From assembly GCA_038232975.1 (NCBI GenBank), contig JBBSMV010000001.1, positions 1 to 39,497 of the forward strand: a stretch of DNA of 39,497 nt, read 5' to 3'. A model generated the notes under the pieces. That model saw only the letters and a list, made by a program, of their open reading frames with translations, did not search any database and was not told the DNA's origin. The DNA comes from Rhodothermales bacterium (lineage in GTDB: Bacteria; Bacteroidota; Rhodothermia; Rhodothermales; JANQRZ01). Positions 34,172 through 39,497 of the stretch are shown here, in pieces (the stretch's first letter is position 1; every line of letters starts with the position of its first letter). A program made the translations under genes and the position numbers.

Positions 34172-34702
34172 ATGTCGCACCTCATCATCCCGCGCCCCAA
34201 GCCGGGGGAATACGCGTCGTACTACGCGCCCTACCTCGCCGCCGTCCCGGACGGCGACCTGCTGCGGCTCCTCGAGGAGCAGGGGGCCGAGATGCTGGAC
34301 CTGCTGCGCGCCTTCGGCGAGGCGCGCGGCTCTTACCGCTACGCGCCGGGCAAGTGGAGCGTCAAGGAGGTCGTCGGCCACGTCACGGACACCGAGCGCA
34401 TCTTCTCGTACCGGGTGCTCTGCTTCGCCCGCGCCGACGCCACCGCGCTCCCCGGCTTCGAGCAGGACGCCTACGTCGCCGCCGCCGGCTTCGACCGCCG
34501 CTCGCTGGCCGACCTCGCCGAGGAGTTCGCCGACGTGCGGAAGGCGACGCTGAAGCTGCTCACCGGACTCGACGCGCCGGCGCTCGGCCGGGCCGGCGTC
34601 GCCAGCGGCCACCCGGTGACGGTCCGCGCCCTGGCGTGGATGATCGCCGGGCACGAGCAGCACCACGCCCGGATGCTGCGCGAGCGCTACCTGGCGGGGT
34701 GA
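34172..34702 (+). CDS. DinB-family (DinB_2-like) metal-dependent protein
   Basis: Start at MSHLIIPRPKPGEYASYYAPYL (ATG 34172). It has WSVKEVVGHVTDTERIF and WMIAGHEQHHARMLRERY (a His triad pattern). The long ORF upstream crosses the tRNA and the repeat and is discarded. Confidence 0.8.
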   Translation: MSHLIIPRPKPGEYASYYAPYLAAVPDGDLLRLLEEQGAEMLDLLRAFGEARGSYRYAPGKWSVKEVVGHVTDTERIFSYRVLCFARADATALPGFEQDAYVAAAGFDRRSLADLAEEFADVRKATLKLLTGLDAPALGRAGVASGHPVTVRALAWMIAGHEQHHARMLRERYLAG

Positions 34703-34823
34703 GAGAGGAGAGAGAAAGGAAAACCAGGAAAGCTAACGAGACCGTCGCGCCCCGCGCCTGTAGGGGCGATCCCTTGTGGTCGCCCGAGGGCTGGCACTAC
34801 TGCTCACCATCCACCGTCTCACC
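34703..34823 (+). repeat. composite intergenic module, copy B: short polypurine tract, conserved spacer, left half of the REPIN-like unit (34760-34797), TCACCATCCACCGTCTCACC tail
   Basis: It aligns with 14645-14822 but lacks ~18 nt of the 9-mer tract and the right-hand hairpin. It starts right after the DinB stop codon and ends 10 nt before ATG 34834. Confidence 0.85.
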
Positions 34824-34833
34824 GACCACCGCC

Positions 34834-35754
34834 ATGCAATCGCCCACCTCTGCCGGTAACGTTGCCGGACTATACCCGGCGGCTTCCGGCGTTGACCGGC
34901 TGCCGATCTTCTTCGTCAACGCCTACTTCGTTAGCCAGCCCGACGGCCGGTGGATTCTCGTAGACACGGGGCTGCCGGGCGCGGCCGGCTGGGTGCGCCG
35001 CGCGGCCGAGGCACGCTTCGGTGCGGGGGCGCGGCCGGAGGCCATCGTCCTGACGCACGGCCACTTCGACCACGCCGGCACCGCCCGCTCGCTCGCTGAC
35101 ACCTGGGGCGTCCCGGTCTACGCGCACCCCCTCGAGATGCCCTACCTCACGGGCCGCTCCGACTACCCGCCGAAGGACCCGACGATGGGCGGCGCGATTG
35201 CCTTCCTGGCGCGCTTCTTCCCGGCGAGCGGGTACAACTTCGGCCTCCGCGTGCGGCCGCTGCCGGAGGACGGCTCGGTGCCCGGCGCGCCGGGCTGGCA
35301 GTGGCTCCACACGCCCGGCCACACGCCGGGGCACGTCTCGCTCTGGCGCGAGCGCGACGCCACGCTCCTGGCCGGCGACGCCTTCGCGACGATGGACCTC
35401 GACTCGTGGACGAGCCAGCTCACTCACACACGGGAGCTGGCCCGCCCGCCCGCGCCGTTCACGCCCAACTGGCAGGCGGCCCGTGCGAGTGTCCAGCGCT
35501 TGGCCGATCTCAGCCCGCAGACGCTCGCTGCCGGGCACGGCCGCGCGATTGCGGGACCCGACGCTGCTGCGCGGCTCCGGGACTACGCTCGGCACTTCGA
35601 CCCGCCGGAGCACGGCCGCTACGTCGGGCACCCCGTCGTCGCCGACGAGTCCGGCGTCGTCGCCGTGCCGCCGCCGGTGCCGGACCCAGTCCCGCTCCGC
35701 CTCGCCGCGGGGACGGCCGTGGCGACGGTGCTCTGGGGTCTCCTCCGGCGGTAG
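34834..35754 (+). CDS. MBL-fold metallo-hydrolase
   Basis: Start at MQSPTSAG (ATG 34834). It has WILVDTGLPG and LTHGHFDHAGT (HxHxDH), then HTPGHTPGH, then a C-terminal TM-like tail AAGTAVATVLWGLL. Confidence 0.85.
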   Translation: MQSPTSAGNVAGLYPAASGVDRLPIFFVNAYFVSQPDGRWILVDTGLPGAAGWVRRAAEARFGAGARPEAIVLTHGHFDHAGTARSLADTWGVPVYAHPLEMPYLTGRSDYPPKDPTMGGAIAFLARFFPASGYNFGLRVRPLPEDGSVPGAPGWQWLHTPGHTPGHVSLWRERDATLLAGDAFATMDLDSWTSQLTHTRELARPPAPFTPNWQAARASVQRLADLSPQTLAAGHGRAIAGPDAAARLRDYARHFDPPEHGRYVGHPVVADESGVVAVPPPVPDPVPLRLAAGTAVATVLWGLLRR

Positions 35755-35826
35755 CTCGATGGCACAGAAAAAGGCGCGGCACCTCGTGGGTACCGCGCCG
35801 GGGCTGACGGATCGTTCTCAGCCGCC

Positions 35827-36489
35827 TCAGTTCGTGGCCTGAATCGTTCCGCAGGCGACGGGGAGGGTTCCCGTGGCCGGGAGGTCGCCGATAGAGGCTA
35901 CAGTCTCAGGCAGCTCCATGTCGGCCCGCACCCCGTGCAGCACGATGGTCCGGCCGCCGAGGTTGATCGCGTCACCGAACGTGGTGAAGGGATCGTCCTC
36001 GTTGTCGTCCTCGCCGTCGTAGACGTCGAAGAACGCGTCGAAGTCGGCGGACGCCTCGTAGGCGATCGTGGTGCCGGTGGGAAAGCCGTTCGCCGCGCTG
36101 TCCAAGAGGTCGTCGTCTAGGGGGACGATGATGCCGCCGTAGGTGGGCGTGCCTTCGACCACGTCGAGGAAGCCGTCTTCGTTGGCATCGCCCGCCATCG
36201 TCGGGCACTGCGCGAGCGCGTGGATGTGCTGGGCGTGAGCGACGTCGCCGAGCCCGGTAGCGTTGATCTCGACGATGAAGCGGTCGTCGTCTTCGCTAAA
36301 GAGGTCGTCTTCGTCGGAGAGCGTGAGGGTGGCGGTGCCGCTGACGCCGCTGCCGTTGAGCGGCTGGAAGTTTACCGTGAAGGTCTGCGAGCTGTCGTCG
36401 GTGACGTCGTCACCGTCGTCGCTGTCGCAGCCGAGGAGGGCGAGGGGGCCTGCCAGGGACAGGATCAGGAGAAAGCGGGAGAGCTGCAT
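35827..36489 (-). CDS. acidic lipoprotein with CHRD/Cu-Zn-SOD-like fold features (tentative)
   Basis: Lipobox LSLAGPLALLGC. GVSGTATLTL...INATGLGDVAHAQHIHALAQC and GGRTIVLHGV...TGTLPVACGTIQ mirror the first and last conserved blocks of SodC/CHRD beta-barrels. The central metal-ligand histidines are absent. The protein is very D/E-rich. Confidence 0.5.
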   Translation of the reverse strand: MQLSRFLLILSLAGPLALLGCDSDDGDDVTDDSSQTFTVNFQPLNGSGVSGTATLTLSDEDDLFSEDDDRFIVEINATGLGDVAHAQHIHALAQCPTMAGDANEDGFLDVVEGTPTYGGIIVPLDDDLLDSAANGFPTGTTIAYEASADFDAFFDVYDGEDDNEDDPFTTFGDAINLGGRTIVLHGVRADMELPETVASIGDLPATGTLPVACGTIQATN

Positions 36490-36786
36490 AGGTCAGAGTG
36501 GGTCGGGTTCGTGGGAAAGAGCATCCGAAGGGACGCCGAAGGCACCGGAGCGGCAGCGCCGGTCTGCGCGCCGTCGCGGTGCGGGGCGTCACACGGGAGC
36601 GCACAACGTGGGTTTCGTGTGTTCTCATCGAACAGCTCCCGCCTCGCCTGGCGTCGCGGGGTAGGCTGAGAAGGCGCAGCGGGATGGAGGGGGTGGGGCG
36701 AAAATCTGTCCGCCTCGCGCACGGGGCGGCCGTGCAGAACCTCCGCGTGTCGGGGTGGTAGAGGGGAGACACTGACCCGCCCTCTC

Positions 36787-37221
36787 ATGCTTCAGCGCGC
36801 ACTCACTGCCTACCGCCACCGCCGCCGCGAGCGGCAGGTGCTCTCCGTCACCCTCGAGGCGGCCCGCCGCCGGGCCGGGCGCGGCGCGGCCTACCTCGAC
36901 GCTGCCGACCCCGGCTGGCACGGTCGGCTCGACCCGGCGACGCTGGAGCTGAGCGAGGGGTCGCACTGCGTCCTCGGCCAGCTCCACGGCGGGTTCCGGC
37001 GCGGCCTGCTGCGTGCCCGCATCCTCGACCTCTCGAGCGCGCCGCTCGCCAGCCTCTCGCCTGTGGACCTCGGCTTCCAGGCCCGGCGCGACCTCGGCGA
37101 CGAGACCGAGGCGCTCGACTACTCCTTCCTCACGCACGCGTGGCGCGAGGCGTTGGCGCTCCGGCGGGGCGAGGCCGAGGGAGCCGTGCAGCCCGCTCTG
37201 CCTCGCCCCGCCGCGGCCTGA
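36787..37221 (+). CDS. hypothetical protein
   Basis: 144-aa ORF with a strong GC3 bias. Its stop TGA overlaps the next ATG (TGATG at 37219-37223). I recognise no motif. Confidence 0.55.
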   Translation: MLQRALTAYRHRRRERQVLSVTLEAARRRAGRGAAYLDAADPGWHGRLDPATLELSEGSHCVLGQLHGGFRRGLLRARILDLSSAPLASLSPVDLGFQARRDLGDETEALDYSFLTHAWREALALRRGEAEGAVQPALPRPAAA

Positions 37222-38204
37222 TGCGCGGTCTCTGGCTCCTCGCCTGCGCGCTCTCGGCGAGCGGATGCGCCGTCGTCTACGGCCTCGGGATCGGGCTCGT
37301 CTACGAGGAGGCCGAGCTGCCCGAGGCGCAGGTGCTCCACGACCTCCGTTACGTCGAAGGCTCCGATTCGGAGAAGCACCGTCTCGACCTCTTCCTGCCG
37401 ACCCCCGACAGCGTCCGCACCGACCCGTGGCCGACCGTCGTCTTCGTTCACGGCGGCGGCTGGACCGAGGGCGACAAAGACCTCGCCTTCGGCGGGGCCG
37501 ACGTCTACGGCAACATCGGGCGCTTCTTCGCAAGCCGCGGAATCGGGGCCGTTACGGTCAACTACCGGCTGCTCCCGAGCGTGGGCTGGCCGGAGCAGAT
37601 CACCGACGTGGCGCGCGCCGTGGCGTGGGTCGCCGAGCACATCGCGCTCTACGGCGGCGACCCCGACGCACTCTTCCTCATGGGCCACTCGGCCGGGGCG
37701 CAGCTCGCCGCGCGCGTCGCCCTCGACCCCGAGGCGCTCGCCGCTGCCGGAGCCTCGCGCGAGCGCGTCTGCGGCGTGATCGCCGTCAGCGGCGCGGGCT
37801 ACGACCTCATCGACGAAGAGACCTACGCCCTCAGCAACGACCCCGGCTACTACGCCCGCCGCTTCAACCCCGAGCCTGCCCCCGCGAAGGCGGGGGGCAC
37901 CGACCCGGATTGGCAGACCGATGCCTCGCCGATCCGGTTCGCCGACGCCACCGCACCGCCGTTCCTGGTCCTCTACGCCGGCGGCGAGAGCCGCGCCCTC
38001 CAGCGCCAGTCCCGGCTCCTCGACGCCGCGCTGGGCGAGGCCGGGGCCGAGAGCGTCGTCGTCGTCGTGCCGAGGCAGAGCCACGAGCGGATCGTGCTCA
38101 CGCTCAGCCGCGACGACCAGACCGCCGCCCCGGCCATGCTGGATTTCGTGCGGGCGACCGCGTGCGGCGAGGCCAGCCGGGGCCGCCCTAGCCCGAGTCC
38201 TTGA
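37221..38204 (+). CDS. alpha/beta hydrolase (esterase/lipase type) lipoprotein
   Basis: Start at MRGLWLLACALSASGC (lipobox). It has VVFVHGGGWTEGDK (HGGG oxyanion motif) and FLMGHSAGAQL (GxSxG nucleophile elbow). Confidence 0.85.
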   Translation: MRGLWLLACALSASGCAVVYGLGIGLVYEEAELPEAQVLHDLRYVEGSDSEKHRLDLFLPTPDSVRTDPWPTVVFVHGGGWTEGDKDLAFGGADVYGNIGRFFASRGIGAVTVNYRLLPSVGWPEQITDVARAVAWVAEHIALYGGDPDALFLMGHSAGAQLAARVALDPEALAAAGASRERVCGVIAVSGAGYDLIDEETYALSNDPGYYARRFNPEPAPAKAGGTDPDWQTDASPIRFADATAPPFLVLYAGGESRALQRQSRLLDAALGEAGAESVVVVVPRQSHERIVLTLSRDDQTAAPAMLDFVRATACGEASRGRPSPSP

Positions 38205-38300
38205 GCCGTAGCTTTCGGGACCCGCGCCTCCCGGCGAAGCGGCGCGCGGTAGGCCGCCTCCGCCAGGACCTGGCCGGGAGCTGCAAGAGGGTATTCTAGC

Positions 38301-39497
38301 TTGGCGTTGCCGCACACCATAGAGCGAGGGGAGAGAAGCCCAGAGCGGTCTGCGTGGCTGACGCGCCGGCCGCGGTACCGCCCCGACATCGAGGGGCTGC
38401 GGGCCGTCGCCGTGTTCATCGTCGTCGCCTTCCACGCCGGGGTGCCGGGGTTCGAGGGCGGGTTCATCGGCGTTGACGTCTTCTTCGTGCTCTCCGGGTA
38501 CCTCATCACGTGGCTCCTCGTCAACGAGGCCGAGCGCGAAGGGGGCATTGACCTAGCGAGGTTCTACGCCCGCCGCGCGCGCCGGCTACTGCCGGCCATG
38601 GCGGTCGTGCTGCTCGGCACGCTCGTCGTCATGGCGTGGCTCTACGCCCCGTTCGAGCAGCGGTCGCTCGCCAGGACGTGGGCGACCACGGCACTCTACG
38701 TCAGCAACGTAGACTTCGCGTACCGGGCGGTGGACTACCACGGAGCCGGTGCCGAGACGAACCCGCTCCTCCACACGTGGTCGCTGAGCGTGGAGGAGCA
38801 GTTCTACCTGGTCTGGCCGTGGCTCGTGCTCTTCGGCCTGGGCCTGGTCTCGCGGCGGCGCGCGCCTGATCCCCGAAGACTTCTGCTCGTGCTGGGGGTG
38901 ACGACTGCCCTCTCGTTCGCGCTCGCGCTCTACCTGACGCACGCCCAGGGCGTGTGGGCGTTCTACCTGTCGCCCACGCGAGCCTGGGAGTTCGGGGCCG
39001 GGGGCCTCGCGGTGCTGGTGCCCGCGAGTCGGTGGCCGCGCAGGAAGCTCAATCCCGCGCGGCCCGAGGCGGTGATGGGCCTGCTGAGCTGGGGCGCGCT
39101 GCTCGCGCTCGGGGCCGCCACCACGCTCTACGGCCACCGGACGCCTTTCCCGGGTGTCGCCGCCCTGGTCCCCGTGCTCGCGACGGTCGTGCTGCTCCGG
39201 GCTGGGGGAGCGGAGGAGGCCGGCTCGGTGAACCGCCTGCTCTCGCTCCGGCCCCTCCAAGCCGTCGGGAAGCTGTCGTACTCGTGGTACCTCTGGCACT
39301 GGCCGGTGCTCGTCTTCGGGGCGAGCCTCGTGCCCTCGCTGTCTCTGGCGGGGCGGCTCGCCCTCGTCGCGGTCTCGCTCGGGCTGGCGGAAGCCTCGTA
39401 TCGGTGGATCGAGAACCCCGTCCGGTACAGCCCGGTCCTCGCACGGCATCCCCGGAACTCGCTGGCTATGGGGGCCGCCCTGACAGTCGCCACCCTC
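38301..39497 (+). CDS. acyltransferase family 3 (OafA/YrhL-like) membrane protein, 3'-partial at window end
   Basis: The plus-strand frame is open from 38253 to the window end and is not in the ORF track. It contains RPDIEGLRAVAVFIVVAFHAG..GGFIGVDVFFVLSGYLIT, FYARRARRLLPA, LHTWSLSVEEQFYLVWP and LSYSWYLWHWPVLVF. The start is uncertain: TTG 38301 or 38307, with no in-frame ATG. Confidence 0.8.
   Translation, partial: MALPHTIERGERSPERSAWLTRRPRYRPDIEGLRAVAVFIVVAFHAGVPGFEGGFIGVDVFFVLSGYLITWLLVNEAEREGGIDLARFYARRARRLLPAMAVVLLGTLVVMAWLYAPFEQRSLARTWATTALYVSNVDFAYRAVDYHGAGAETNPLLHTWSLSVEEQFYLVWPWLVLFGLGLVSRRRAPDPRRLLLVLGVTTALSFALALYLTHAQGVWAFYLSPTRAWEFGAGGLAVLVPASRWPRRKLNPARPEAVMGLLSWGALLALGAATTLYGHRTPFPGVAALVPVLATVVLLRAGGAEEAGSVNRLLSLRPLQAVGKLSYSWYLWHWPVLVFGASLVPSLSLAGRLALVAVSLGLAEASYRWIENPVRYSPVLARHPRNSLAMGAALTVATL

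Noticed and set aside
38586-39449. 287-aa and overlapping minus-strand ORFs at the right end of the window.
   Set aside because: The plus-strand frame is open to the window edge and not listed in the track, and it encodes clear acyltransferase-3 motifs (RPDIEGLRAVAV, LHTWSLSVEEQFY, SYSWYLWHWPV). The minus-strand products are R/P/E/G-rich.

Overview
This is a 39.5-kb chromosomal window. It is very GC-rich (by eye near 70% G+C), with visibly lower-GC patches at about 19.8-20.4 kb and 21.9-27.7 kb. The gene content suggests a high-GC member of Bacteroidota/Rhodothermota (inference only): four proteins end in a T9SS Por_Secre_tail-type C-terminal sorting domain, a short glycogen-synthase-like gene sits next to a DUF4270-like lipoprotein, DUF2911 and FtsX/MacB-type permeases are present, and there are no Shine-Dalgarno sequences. 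I support about 33 protein-coding genes, one tRNA-Gly(GCC), several gene remnants and a set of dispersed palindromic repeat elements. Housekeeping genes include a DAACS symporter, an HU-like protein, a beta-carbonic anhydrase, folD, asd and an MscS channel. One block looks accessory: an orphan histidine kinase, then two tandem FG-GAP-like propeller paralogs, then a ~3.5-kb metalloprotease/beta-helix gene broken in two places. I see no CRISPR array, integrase, transposase, phage genes or recognisable defence or toxin system, so I cannot point to a discrete novel multi-gene system. The most unusual signals are non-coding: (i) 69-nt GTAGGG...CCCTAC REPIN-like doublets; (ii) a larger composite intergenic module with a polypurine 9-mer microsatellite, present twice; (iii) 7-nt-periodic CCCGAC tracts and G-depleted leaders directly upstream of start codons; (iv) a 571-nt structured, lower-GC gap with no credible ORF. 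Most long ORFs in the six-frame track are antisense or out-of-frame artefacts of GC richness. All motif coordinates were counted by hand, and functions are assigned from motifs I recognise, not from searches.
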